DNA from: Octopus vulgaris
Taxonomy: Eukaryota
DNA: 64,000 nt
Direction of reading: 5' to 3'
NCBI GenBank assembly: GCA_951406725.2
Contig: OX597825.1
Coordinates: 73,594,001-73,658,000, forward strand
Below are positions 1-12,733 of the stretch, one piece after another. The position numbers and the translations under genes were made by a program. Position 1 is the stretch's first letter. Every line of letters begins with the position of its first letter. The notes under the pieces were generated by a model, which was not told the DNA's origin, made no database searches, and was given only the letters and a program-made list of their open reading frames with translations.

Positions 1-79
1 ATCATGCTCGAATGGTGATTTTTACATGATATATGTATGTATATATATGTATGTTTATATGTGTGTATATATATATATA

Positions 80-459
80 CATCATCACCGTTCATCACCG
101 TTTAACATCCGTTTTCCATGCTAACATGGGTTGGGCAGTTCTACCGGGGTCTGGGAAGCCAGGAGGCTGCACCAGGCTCCAGTCTTATCTGGCAGTGTTT
201 CTACAGCTGGATGCCCTTCCTAACGCCAACCACTCCGTGAGTGTAGTGGGTGCTTTTTACGTGCCACTGGCACAGGGGCCAGAGGAGGCTGGCAAACAGC
301 CATGATCAGTTGGTGCTTTTATGTGTCACTGGTGGTGCTGGCATCGGCCACATTCGGATGGTACTTTTTACATGCCACCGGTACGGGTATCACAACTACA
401 ATTTCCATTTGATTTTTATTTTGATGTTGATGTACTTGACTCAATAGGTCTCCCCAAGC
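80..459 (-). mobile_element. Family D repeat (RTE-type 3' end / RTE-tailed SINE) ending in (GAT)n
   Basis: Reverse complement has GGTTGGCGTTAGGAAGGGCATCCAGCTGTAG...CCCATGTTAGCATGGAAAACGGATGTTAAACG plus a TGA/GAT tail. Related copies: ~4558-4730(-), 12735-12840(-), 13880-13992(+), 14010-14270(-), 14685-14790(-), 19640-19925(+), 21690-21890(-), 22375-22642(+), 26424-26765(-). Confidence 0.75.
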
Positions 460-1107
460 ATATGTATGTATATGTATGTAATGTATCCTTTTATAATGGT
501 TTGTTTCAGCTCCATGCAAACTAAAGTGTCATAGGCTCAGAAAATGAATCCAAATTGTTGAGCACTGATACACACTTATAAATTTTCTTCCAGGTTTTTA
601 TATAAGAAATCTCTGCACAGATATTGTCTCTTCTAATAATATATATTGTTAGTAAATTTTTATAAAGACAATGAATATTTTGGGTTGAAACTAAATACTA
701 AAAATTTCCACCACCAGTGACAAAAAAAAAAAATGTAGAAAAACCTATAATTAATTCACATAAATTTTCACTTTTTTCCAATGTCTTTGTTTTTATTGTT
801 TTATTGTTTTACTCTTGTATTTTTTTTTCTTATTTTCGTAATATTGTTTTGTCTGCTGAAGACATTTGAAAGTATCGTGTAAGACGTGTAAGACGATGTT
901 CTATTGTTCAGTTCAGCAACAAGTCCGCACTTGATGATGGATATAGACAGTGGGTTGGGTGATAGTTGGCGGGGTGGTGGGGGTGGTGTGAGGTAAGGTG
1001 AGGGTGGAGGGTGGCAGATGAGGTGGATGGGCGGCAGGAGAGGAAGGCATGGTGGTAGCAGTTTTAATAATGTTTACTCCTCCTTCTCCTCCGCATCGTT
1101 GTCATTG

Positions 1108-1140
<33 letters not shown>

Positions 1141-1609
1141 CCATTGTCATCATCAGCAGTAAGTCAGCAGCTTCACGATTCCTCCTCGTATCTTCACCCT
1201 CCACCTCTTCTTCATCGTCACCATCATCATTATCATTGTCATCATCATCATCATCATCATCATCACCGTCATCACCATCGCCATTATTGTTGTCATCATC
1301 ATCGTCGCCATCATCATCATTTTAGTTGTCATCACCCCTCCCCCTCCCCTTTGTATCCTCTCCTCTAACTCTCTTCTTGCTTCTACTTTGGATAGATTAT
1401 GCAATGAAACAAGGTTGCCAGTGGAAGAGAAGTCTGGCAGTCAGGTACCTTTTGATGGACTTGACTATCTGTATGTGTGGGTGTGGGTGAGTGTGAGAGA
1501 GAGAGAGAGAGAAAGAGATGGAGAGAGATTTTCAGAATATGGAATATCAGAAATTAAGAAATTAGACACACACACATACACACAAATGCAATATATGTAA
1601 GTGTATGTA

Positions 1610-1661
<52 letters not shown>

Positions 1662-1664
<3 letters not shown>

Positions 1665-2072
1665 TCTTTTACTCTTTTACTTGTTTCATTCATTTGACTG
1701 TGGCCATGCTGGAGCACTGACTTTTAGTCAAGCAAATTGACCCCAGGACTTATTCTTTGTATGCCTGATACTCATTCTATCGGTCTCTTATGCCGAACCG
1801 CTAAGTTACATGGACATCAACACAGCAGCATTGTTTGTCTAGCGATGTTGGGGTGACAAACACAGACACACAAACATATGCACACACATACATATATACA
1901 TATATACAATGGACTTCTTTCAGTTTCCATCTACCAAATCCACTCACAAGGCTTTGGTCGGCCCGAGGCTATATAGTAGAAGACACTTGCCCAAGGTGCC
2001 ATGCAGTGGGACTGAAATTGAAACCATGTGGTTGGCAAGCAAGCTACTTACCACACAGCCACTACTACGCCT
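1662..2072 (-). mobile_element. Family A tRNA-derived SINE with internal (TA/CA) microsatellite and (AAAGAGT)n tail
   Basis: Head AGGCGTAGTAGTGGCTGTGTGGTAAG (A-box-like), tail GGCCACAGTCAAATGAATGAAACAAGTAAAAGAGTAAAAGAGTA; same sequence as copies at 13250, 15429, 39862 and others. Confidence 0.85.
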
Positions 2073-2091
2073 ATATATATATATAGATAGG

Positions 2092-2148
<57 letters not shown>

Positions 2149-2153
2149 GATAG

Positions 2154-2185
<32 letters not shown>

Positions 2186-2186
2186 T

Positions 2187-2217
<31 letters not shown>

Positions 2218-2675
2218 TCAGAGTGAGGATAGATCATCATGAAGGAGATAAGAATGACAAGAAGTAGAGAAAGCGATGAAAGGGATAGACAAACAGACAG
2301 ACAGATGGATAGACATCACAAGAAGGAAAGAGTGAGAGAGAGAGAGAGAGAGAATGGAGAAGTGAGAGTGAGAGTGAAAGAGGGAGTGAGAAACAGAGAG
2401 AGAGAGAAAGAGAAGTTGGGAAGACAGAGAGAATGTGTTTGTTATCCTCAGAGGTTTGTACTACACTTTTCAAGAGAGAAATTCTCACGTGGAATTCTTT
2501 CTTTGAAATATTCGGTAAAGCAAGAACAAATATTTTCTATGTCTTCAATGGAATGGTTTTGTTCTACTTTGGAATAATCTGATGTGTCCTGGGATATGAA
2601 TTGATATGAACATGCACACACACACACACACATTCTATAGATATATATGTGTCTGTATATGATGTATGTGATGTT

Positions 2676-2772
<97 letters not shown>

Positions 2773-3117
2773 ATATATATATATATACACACACACACAT
2801 AGATATACATCATATACCTTTATATGTATACATGAGTATTTGCATAAACGTATGTATATGTATATATATATATATACATGTATACACACACACACACACA
2901 TATATATAATTCATGAACATACATGCACACATATTTACACACACATATATACAAGTTTCATATTCTTCTTCCTTCTCCTTCTCATCATCATCATCATCTA
3001 ATGATAATGATGATGACAACATACACATATTTTTGCATGTATATATATCTGTATCTGTATGTATATACATATATGTATATGCATGCATGTATATGCATGC
3101 ATATAAATATGTATATA

Positions 3118-3158
<41 letters not shown>

Positions 3159-3163
3159 ATCTA

Positions 3164-3218
<55 letters not shown>

Positions 3219-3285
3219 ACATACATAAATTTATGCAAATACGCATGTATACATATACATGTATATGATGTATATATATGTATGC

Positions 3286-3316
<31 letters not shown>

Positions 3317-3334
3317 CACATACATATACCTACC

Positions 3335-3426
<92 letters not shown>

Positions 3427-4007
3427 TCTGTATATACATATTCATACAAACACACACACATATATGTATGTATATTTGTTTGTTTGTCTATGTGTGTATA
3501 TATATGAATAGATTATAGGAAATAAATAGATTGAGAGTAACAGAGAAAAAGAATGAAAGAGAGAGAGATAGAGAGAAAGAGAGAGAGAGATCAAGTGAAA
3601 GTCGTAAGATCTTTTAAGTTTTCTTTTATAACGTAGGTTTACACTGTAACGAGACTGAACATGTCTGGAATCTAACGACTATTGTTTCTGATTATTTGGG
3701 GGTATTAAGCTGATCAATTAGTTTGTAATATAATGATAACAACGATGATGAAGAGGATGCTGGAGGCGGTGGTGGCGGCGGTGGTGGTGGTGATGATGAT
3801 GACGTCGACGACAAAGATGATGGTGCTGGTCGTCGTTGTCGACGGTGATGGCGGCATCATCGTCATCATCATCATCATCATCATCATCATCAACAGGAAT
3901 GTTGTTCATAATGATAATTGATGTTAAGATGAAAGTGAAGATGATGATGATCACCATCAACGTCATAACTATGAGTGTGATGCAGGTCATAATCAATACA
4001 TATGCGA

Positions 4008-4046
<39 letters not shown>

Positions 4047-4253
4047 GTGTGTGTGTGTGTGTGTATAAATATGTATATATGGACATTAAACAATGATGAT
4101 ATATATATATATATATATATATACATCTAATATAGGATAGAGTTTTTCAAAAAAATTCTATCAATGGCCAGCATATTAAAAAATACCTTTAAAGGTATTT
4201 TAACAGGTGGTGAGCTGAACCATCCTGGGGTACAGAGGATTCACAATCTAGAT

Positions 4254-4506
4254 AGGGTCTGGAAGTTTACCACACCATAGTGGGTTACACCATGGTTCCT
4301 CTCCTTTGTGGCAGAAGTAGTAAGAACGAGTGAGTGAAAGTTGTGGTGAAAGTGTACAGCAGTGTTCCCCACTTCTCCCTGCCAGAGCCTCGTGGAGCTT
4401 AGGTGTTTTTGCTCAATAAACACTCACAATGCCGGTCTGGGAATTGAAACCGTGTTCTTATGACCGCGAGTTCACTGCCCTAGCCACTGGGCCATTCCAT
4501 CTCCAC
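4254..4506 (-). mobile_element. Family E tRNA-derived SINE, alternative-tail variant
   Basis: Head GTGGAGATGGAATGGCCCAGTGGCTAGGGCAG...GGTTTCAATTCCCAGACC. The same head and tail variant occurs at ~37600-37852(-). Confidence 0.75.
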
Positions 4507-4856
4507 TTGTTGTCATCATCGTCATCTTCCTCCTTCTCCCCCTCCACCCCCAATTCTTAATCATTGTCACCATTTAATGTCTGTTGTTTTCCAAGCTGGC
4601 ACGGGTAAGATGGTTTAACTGGAACTGGTTGGCCAGAGAGCTGGACCATGTCCCAGTCAGCTTTGGCTTGATTTCTACAACTGGATGTTCTTCCTGATGC
4701 CAACCACTCCACTGCCCTCATCAATGTTTCACTGATGCACAGAGCATCGGTGAAATATTGATGGCTCCTTTTGAGAATCCAATGTCTCAATCTTCACAAC
4801 ACTAATTCTAGTCCCTGTCTTGCAGCACTTGGCAGCAAAACCATTCAGTACACGCC

Positions 4857-5120
4857 AGAGATGCGTGGTTTAGTGGTTAGGGTGTCAGCATCATAATCGT
4901 AAGATTGTGGTTTCGATACCTGGACCGGCGATGCGTTGTGTTCTTGAGCAAAACACTTCATTTCATATTGCTCCAGTCCACTCAGCTGACAAAAATGAGT
5001 AATGCTGCGATGGACTGGCATCCCATCCAACTGGGGAACACATACGCCATGGAAACCAGGAAACCAGGAAACCAGGCCCATGAGCCTGGCTAGGCTTTAA
5101 AAGGGCCCATTTATTTATTT
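4857..5120 (+). mobile_element. Family C tRNA-derived SINE (V-SINE-like central block)
   Basis: A box TGGTTTAGTGG, B box GGTTTCGATACC, then GCGATGGACTGGCATCCCATCCA. Other copies at 10073-10949(-), 10955-11196(-), 40745-40905(-), 58884-59140(+), 59880-60015(-). Confidence 0.8.
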
Positions 5121-5587
5121 ATTAGATGCCAGAGATGACCTTCTGTTGAGTCACGTAACACCATTGTACTCTTAGTCCTTAAATAGAGTTCATTACTAAA
5201 TGTGAGCATGGGCTTGAAAGCAGAAGATAGCGAGGTTAGCTTTCATACAAACCTTTCCTCTGAAGCTAAAAACCCCAAAAGAAAGTACCCCCACCAAACA
5301 AAAAAAAAAAAAGAAGAAATAAACTACAGAAAACTAAGTAAAACAAAGCAAAAAATGAAACAATACTTTGTTTCTGATTAAATTATTTTTCAAAAATGCT
5401 GCAAATAGCTTCTATGGCAGACAAATGTGATCCCTCAATTTCAGCATGAATATTCTTTATCAAAGCAAATATGGAAAATTGGTAGCGAATTAATTCCTTC
5501 CTTTAATTATATTGTCCTTCTTTTCGAGCAACAGGGACATTTCTCTGCAGAAATTACTGCATTCAATTGCAAACAATAAACTATGGC

Positions 5588-5633
<46 letters not shown>

Positions 5634-5692
5634 ACTACTACTACTAAACTAGTACAACTACCACTACTATAATAACAACACAAGCAGCAGAT

Positions 5693-5738
<46 letters not shown>

Positions 5739-5868
5739 CTTGAAGACAATGTGGGAATTTGGTCAAAATCCAGCAATGGACTGGAACTGTATAAACTGCA
5801 TTTTGGGAGCTGATAGTCTATTTCCTTTCTCATCTCTTACACATACACGTACCACCCTAAACACACTC

Positions 5869-5901
<33 letters not shown>

Positions 5902-6534
5902 TACATACACACACATACATGTCATACACGTGTGTGTGTGTGTAATTTGATTTGTGAGCGCATTTGTCTCTGTGCATTTCTTATGATAGTGTATATAAAC
6001 ACACACACACACATACATGCACACACACGTACACACACAGACACAGACAGACAGACAGACACATACACACATACATAAATGTACATGTGTTTGTGTATGC
6101 GTGTGTTTGCATATATACATACACAAACGCACATAAGAATGCACACAAATATGTATATATATATATATATGTGTGCGTGTGTATACATAAACACAAATAG
6201 ATACACACACACACTCACACACAAATACAGACAGACAGATAGAGACATATACATACATACATACATAAATGTACATGTGTATGCGTGTGTCTGCATATAT
6301 ACATACACATATGCACATAAGAATGCTCACAAATATGTATATATATATATGCGTGTGCATGTGTATACATAAACACAGATACACACACATACAGATACAT
6401 ACAGAAAGACAGACACCTACACACACACACATACTAATTTAAATATATGTGTGAATTTGTGTTTATACATACACACATACACTCATTCATACACACATAT
6501 ACATACACACACATGTGTGTCTGTGTACATATAA

Positions 6535-6585
<51 letters not shown>

Positions 6586-6857
6586 AACATGCATAGGCAC
6601 AAATAGATACACACACACACCTACACAGACTCAGACAGACACACAGACAGACCGACACACACACACACATTTATGAATGCCTTCATACAATGCATATTCA
6701 CAAAGAATGTTATGTACCATACTGATTCTGTTTAAAATCCAATTACTGGGAACACACATTTACCCTTAATTGAAAATGAAAAAGGAGACCCAATATTAGC
6801 TGCTGACTGTCAATTTACCTAATTCTGTCTTTAGCTATTGAGATTCAATCTTCTCAG

Positions 6858-6912
<55 letters not shown>

Positions 6913-7086
6913 GAGAGAGAGAGAGAGAGAGGGAGAGAGGGAGAGAGAGAAAGAGACAGAAGGAGGGAGAGAGAGAGAATGGATGAGAAATTTAGTCCAT
7001 GCATTGTTATTTGCTGTATAAAAAGATGATTGAAAATGATATTTACTGTTGGAAAAAATGTATATTCTCTTAAAATACACATATTT

Positions 7087-7223
<137 letters not shown>

Positions 7224-7564
7224 ATAATCTTCTCTGACAACAATGCTCCACTTAAGGTAAAAAGAAAAATTTTTTGTATAAAATTATGTATGGAAAAATC
7301 ATTGTATAACTTCCACTGTGCTTAAATCTTTTCAAAGAACACCTTAGAAAAGCATCATGAGTTGTGAAATCGTCACAGTTTCAGATTTTGAAATAGTTTT
7401 AACCCTTGGATTTACAATTGGATAATCATTGTTTTCTTTTGCTTTTCATTTTTTGTTGGTGAAGTTTTAGGTCTTTGGACTTGCAAGGCGAGTCACCTGG
7501 TTTCCTTAGCACACAAGTGTCTGAGAGGGCAGTGCCCATGTGGACAATTTTTTGTAATTTTGAT

Positions 7565-8030
7565 ACCTTGGGGTCATAGTGTTTAAAGTATATGATTTAG
7601 TATTGTTCCTTAACCTCCAATGTTCACAGGAACAGACCTCTATTTCAGGGCCTTATATTTACTTAACTTACCAAATGTTTTAACAGGAGTATCACAGTCA
7701 GCTAGGATTGATATATCTATGAGCAGACATGTTTATGAATGTGATTTTTACCACAATGTCTGGTCTATTGTCCTGAATAGTTTCTCCAATTTGAATATTA
7801 AATTCCTAAAGAACAGTGATATCGTATTTTCTTCTGCTTATGTTCCCATCAGTTCTTATTATAACAAAGTTCAGACTTACATATTATCAGCTCCAGTACA
7901 AACACTGACCAAGTCTATCATGGGGATCAATATATTCATTTGAGGCTAACATAGAGTATCCAGCCAGAAATGAGGTGGTCAGTTGTTTCTCTGGCCGTAC
8001 CACAAAAGAGGCAGCAGAATCAACACCATT
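7565..8030 (-). pseudogene. Degenerate REL (PD-(D/E)xK) endonuclease and CCHC knuckle of an R4/Dong-type non-LTR retrotransposon
   Basis: Manual minus-strand translation across stops and frameshifts: CLFCGTARETTDHLISG / LASNEYIDPHDRLGQCLYW / TVL*EFNIQIGETIQDNRPDIVVK / CLLIDISILADCDTPVKTFGKLSKYKAL. Adjoins a (TAA/TGA)n tract. Confidence 0.85.
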
Positions 8031-8063
8031 TTTATGGATGTTTGCTTAGCAGTTTCTTATTTC

Positions 8064-8079
8064 ATTATTATCATCATCA

Positions 8080-8116
<37 letters not shown>

Positions 8117-8136
8117 CATTATCATCATCATCATCA

Positions 8137-8188
<52 letters not shown>

Positions 8189-8241
8189 CATTATTATTAT
8201 TATTATTATTATTATCATTATTATCATTATTATCATTACTA

Positions 8242-8300
<59 letters not shown>
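8064..8300. repeat. (TTA)n/(TCA)n compound microsatellite
   Basis: Seen directly; source of the poly-Y/I/H ORFs in the track. Confidence 0.97.
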
Positions 8301-8654
8301 TTAATGGTTTTTTGTTACATGTTTTATTGTTATAATTTATTGCTTCTTTTATAAATTTTAATATTTTTCTTTTTCTTTCTTTTGTTTTTCATTGTTGTGA
8401 TTTATATTTTTATGAATTATTAATCAGATTTTCTTTATTTTATTTCAGATTTTTTTCTTTTAATGATATTTTAAAATATATTTTATTATCATTTTATTAC
8501 CCAAATTATTCTATCGTCACTTTATTATTACCATTTTATTGGTATGATTTGTAGAAATTATTTTTTAATGATTTGTAAAAATTCCTTTTTTTATTTTTAT
8601 AATTAAGACTTCTATTTTTGTTTAGTTAATTATTTATTTGTTTGTTTGCATTAT

Positions 8655-8738
8655 TTCTTCTTCTTCTTCTTCTTCTTCTTCTTCTTCTTCTTCTTCTTCT
8701 TCTTCTTCTTCTTCTTCTTCTTCTTCTTCTTCTTCTTC

Positions 8739-8779
<41 letters not shown>

Positions 8780-8908
8780 CTTCTTCTTCTTCTTCTTCTT
8801 CTTCTTCTTCTTCTTCTAAGATAGTGCTTTTGTGGGCTATTTAGTTGTTTTGACTCTTATTTCTAGTAATACTGGTGGTGATTAATGCCCTTGTTCTCTT
8901 CAGTGACA

Positions 8909-8944
<36 letters not shown>

Positions 8945-9143
8945 TGTATGTATGTATGTTTGTATGTATGTATGTATGTATGCATGCATGCATACATGTA
9001 TGTATGTATGTATGTATGTATGTATGTATGTATGTATGTATGTATGTATGTGTGTGTGTATGTATGTATGTATGTATGTATGTATGTATGTATGTTTGTA
9101 TGTATGTATGTATGTATGTATGTATGTATGTATGTATGTATGT
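8655..9143. repeat. (TTC)n-(TTG)n-(TTC)n and (TATG)n microsatellites
   Basis: Seen directly at 8655-8817 and 8918-9143. Confidence 0.97.
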
Positions 9144-9483
9144 ATATCTATATAAAAACATAATAATCAAGATTGATTTGATTACCGAAACACTTCTAGA
9201 AAGTTCTCCACTATGTTTGCAGTCCTGCAACTAAAACCAATGAAAGCGGGAAAGAGTGAAAAAAAAGGACACTTCATGCCAACCAGCTTGAACTTCGATT
9301 GGCACTAGTTTATCTTATTCCTGGAGAGATTTATAATACCAGACTGCGTTTATACATAAGTTATGTAGTCCAAAGCCTTCAGCTATCTTTCATTTAGAAA
9401 GAAAAGATCAAAGTTCGGATCCAGTCTGGCATTATGGACATACATGGAGACATGTGTCATAGCAGTAAGAGTGTTGCATTCTT

Positions 9484-9902
9484 ATTTCTTTACTGTCCAC
9501 AAGGGGCTAAACACAGAGGGGACAAACAAGGACAAACAAATGGATTAAGTCGATTATATCGATCTCAATTTGGTACCTGGTACTTATTTAATCGACTCCG
9601 AAAGGATGAAAGACAAAGTTGACTTCGGTGGAATTGGAACTCAGAACATAGCGACAGACGAAATACCTATTTCTTTACTACCCACAAGGGGCTAAACACA
9701 GAGGGGACAAACAAGGACAGACAAATGGATTAAATCGATTATATTGACCCCAGTGCGTAACTGGTACTTATTTAATCGACCCCGAATGGATGAAAGGCAA
9801 AGTTGACCTCGGCGGAATTTGAACTCAGAACGTAAAAACAGATGAAATACTGCTAAGCATTTTGCTCGGTGTACTAACGTTTCTGCCAGCTCGGCGCCTT
9901 TG
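9484..9902 (-). mobile_element. Family B SINE, dimer of the 184-bp unit, inserted in an old family C SINE
   Basis: Units start at ~9484 and 9668 with one tRNA head at the right end. TSD GT(G/A)TTGCATTCTT at 9471-9483 and 9903-9915. Confidence 0.85.
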
Positions 9903-10384
9903 GTATTGCATTCTTGATAATAACATTGTGGCTTTGATACTTGGACCTGAGAGTGTGTTGTGCTTTTGAACAAAGCACTTCTTTTCATATTGCATTAAGC
10001 CAACAAAAATAAATAATCTTGCAGTGTATCAATGTCCCATCCAGGAGGGGAACTTTTGCACCACAAAGCTCAGGTAAGGTAAAAAGGTAAAGTTACCTCT
10101 TTGAGTCACACCGACCCATAAGGGCTGGTTTACTGGTTTCAGTAGTATATACATTCCTCACCTGGACGGGATGCCAGTCCATTGCAGGATTACTCGCTTT
10201 TTCCCACCTGAGTGGACTGGAGCAATTTGAAATGAGGTGTTTTGCTCAAGAGCACAATGCATCACCCAGTCCAGGAATCGAAACCATAATCTCACTATCA
10301 TGATACAGTTCTATATTTAAGAGATGAGGAATAATGTACATTATTTACATTTAACGGATATTTGTGCTCATCTTGTTTGTTGTT

Positions 10385-10430
10385 AACACAATGTTTCGGC
10401 TGATATACCCTCCAGCCTTCATCAGGTGTC
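10385..10430 (-). ncRNA. Type I minimal hammerhead ribozyme motif (left arm)
   Basis: GACAC CUGAUGA A GGCUG-GAGGGUAUAU-CAGCC GAAAC AUU^GUGUU. Stem I GACAC/GUGUU, stem II 5 bp. Stem III AACAUU is one CpG-type change from palindromic AACGUU. Confidence 0.8.
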
Positions 10431-10680
10431 TTGGGGAAATTTCGAACCTGGGTTCTCATTCCTAAGGTATGTTTCAATGTGATCATCATTATTATTATTA
10501 TTGTTATTATTGTTGTTCAGGTTACAGCGTGGAATTGATTTCAGAATCTTGGGGTTCTTAGCCAGTGCTCTTAACCACCATGCTATATGCCCACAGGCAT
10601 ATGATGTAGTGGTTAAGAGCGCGGGCTACTAAACCCAAGATTCTGAGTTCGATTCCAAGCAGTGACCTGAGTAGTAGTAG

Positions 10681-10732
<52 letters not shown>

Positions 10733-10802
10733 AATAATGATGATAACAACATAACAACGAAAAATACCTTGGGAATGAGAACCCAGGTTCAAAATTTCCC
10801 CA

Positions 10803-10845
10803 GACACCTGATGAAGGCTGGAGAGTATATCAGCCGAAACATGTT
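10803..10845 (+). ncRNA. Type I hammerhead motif (right arm), cleavage region damaged
   Basis: GACAC CUGAUGA A GGCUG-GAGAGUAUAU-CAGCC GAAAC, then AUGUU (about 3 nt shorter than the left arm). Confidence 0.7.
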
Positions 10846-11225
10846 AACAACAAACAAGATGAGGGCAAATATCAGTCAAATGTAAATAATGTAAATAATG
10901 CTCACTATCGTGAGTCCAACACACTAACCACTAAGCCACGTGCCTCCACAAAAGAACTTTCTTAAGTTATACTGATCCATAAGGGCTGGTTTTTCAGTTT
11001 CATGGTATATATATATTTTCCACCTGGACGGGACATCGGTCAGTCACAGAATTACTCATTTTTGCCAGCTTAGTGCATCAGGGCAAAGTGAAATGAAGCA
11101 TTTTGCTCAAAACATGTGTTGCTTGGTCCAGGAATTGAAACCACAATATGATGATCATGAGTCCAAAACCTCAACCACTAATCCATGTGCCTCTGCCAGA
11201 GAGTTCAGGAAACTGACCTTATTAA

Positions 11226-11888
11226 CCCCTTGACGCCGGTATTACCCGAAGCATGCGAGACACTGCTCCGATTTTTTTTATCTAATGAGGCCACACAAAC
11301 ACACAAGTGCCAACGAGCTCACATCTATTTACGTCCACCGTTACAATAACACAGCGTCATACATTTTCATCTACCAGTTTAGGAAAACGAACTATGTGAA
11401 GCTATTTATCATAATATGATATGCATGAGTTATTCTCGTGCAGCTGTGAAGGGAAATTGTTGAATCACCATCCATGAGTTACCAGAGGATGTACAGATTA
11501 GTTATGGTTCAGTTCCGTCCATTATCACTGAAGATTTGAGTATAAGACGTGTGTCTCCAAAGTTTGTGCAAAAACTGCTTTCAGCTAAAAAAATAGCTTG
11601 CGTGTGGTACAACTCAAAACACGGTATTATGCATGTAAAGTATCCACATGTCATTGGTCTACTGCTAGTCTCATGACTTGAACGTAACCTTTGATAGCTA
11701 AGATAATGCACGGGATGGCGAGCATGTGCACCACAAGAGATAAAATACATGATAGCAAACATAAACATACGTCAGCCGCTAAAATGTCAGTGATAGATGT
11801 GGGGCAGCTCTACATCGTATATTTATGTTAACCACGGGTAGGCAAGCAAAAGTGTGATCGCATACTGGCGTCAGCCGTTGTCAAGGGG
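11226..11888. mobile_element. piggyBac-like non-autonomous element (TTAA TSD, CCCCTTGAC TIRs)
   Basis: TTAA (11222-11225) CCCCTTGACGCCGGTA ... TACTGGCGTCA...GTCAAGGGG TTAA (11889-11892). Confidence 0.75.
11437..11589 (+). pseudogene. mariner-type transposase fragment (HTH to the WVPHEL-equivalent linker)
   Basis: RAAVKGNC*ITIHELPEDVQISYGSVPSIITEDLSIRRVSPKFVQKLLSAK matches the mariner pattern RRITIRELA..V.IS.GSV..I....LG.RKV.A.WVP..L. Confidence 0.8.
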
Positions 11889-12431
11889 TTAACCTCTGGC
11901 TCAGTGGGGACCTTTGATCCTCGTGTTGATTATATACAGACACACTTCTAAGAATGAGGCAGCTGATGATGAGTTGAGATAAAAGTCATTGAAACACAGT
12001 GTAGGTGTGAATATGTGAAAAGTTATTCTCTAAAGATAAGATTAATTAATCTGAAATATTATTTTGTTAACATCTATTCACCCCATATGTTTAGACATTT
12101 AATAATGTTTGTAATTATGTAAATGAAATGTAATAATAGCTTTATTGTTATTTGTTATAAAAGTCTGTAATTTAACTTCTGAACTACAAAACACCCTCTG
12201 TTTCTAAAGAACAAAACCGTCCATTTTTGTGTTCATACTTCAGTTAAAATCTCCCATATTAATTCAATGCAAGAATCTTTTGTTCAAATTTATGTTCCAA
12301 ATATTATCTAAATACACCAAGTTACATATACACATACATACACACATACATACATACATACACAAAAATATATGTGTATATATATATATATATATATGTG
12401 TATATATGAATGTACATGTATACATATATGC

Positions 12432-12480
<49 letters not shown>

Positions 12481-12519
12481 GCTGTGTGTATATGTGGGTG
12501 CATATGTATGTATATATTT

Positions 12520-12678
12520 AAGAATGCTGACATAGAACATATACACGCTGACATAGAACCAACATTGAACTTCTTATTCGCAAAATTACCAAATCTGGAA
12601 CTTAACTATGGTCTGTCTATAGCACTTATTCAACATTACCTGACACCTTTGGGTCTCAATCACACTATTATCTCTTAT
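12520..12678 (+). repeat. Family F dispersed ~150-bp repeat ending at (TA)n
   Basis: Near-identical copy on the minus strand at ~42792-42936 (CACGCTGAC(A/G)TAGAACCAAC...CACCTTTGGGTCTCAAT...ATTATCTCTTATATA). Confidence 0.85.
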
Positions 12679-12682
12679 ATAC

Positions 12683-12733
<51 letters not shown>

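Larger units (their letters stand above)
10304..10900. mobile_element. Palindromic element: two head-to-head arms, each tRNA-like head + (TAA)n + type-I hammerhead motif
   Basis: Arms are imperfect reverse complements centred at ~10593. The + arm has A box TGATGTAGTGG and B box GAGTTCGATTCC. 13-bp TSD CTCACTATC(A/G)TGA at 10291-10303 and 10901-10913. Confidence 0.88.
10073..10949 (-). mobile_element. Family C SINE interrupted by the palindromic tRNA-hammerhead element
   Basis: Removing 10304-10913 restores a continuous tRNA head (GGAATCGAAACCATAATCTCACTATCATGAGTCCAACACACTAACCACTAAGCCACGTGCCTCCAC on +). Confidence 0.85.

Noticed and set aside
952-1060. G-rich tract with G-quadruplex potential
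   Set aside because: Low-complexity GGT/GGA sequence typical of this window, with no independent sign of function.
10595-10668. Functional tRNA gene
   Set aside because: The acceptor stem does not pair and there is no terminator; it is the head of the palindromic element.
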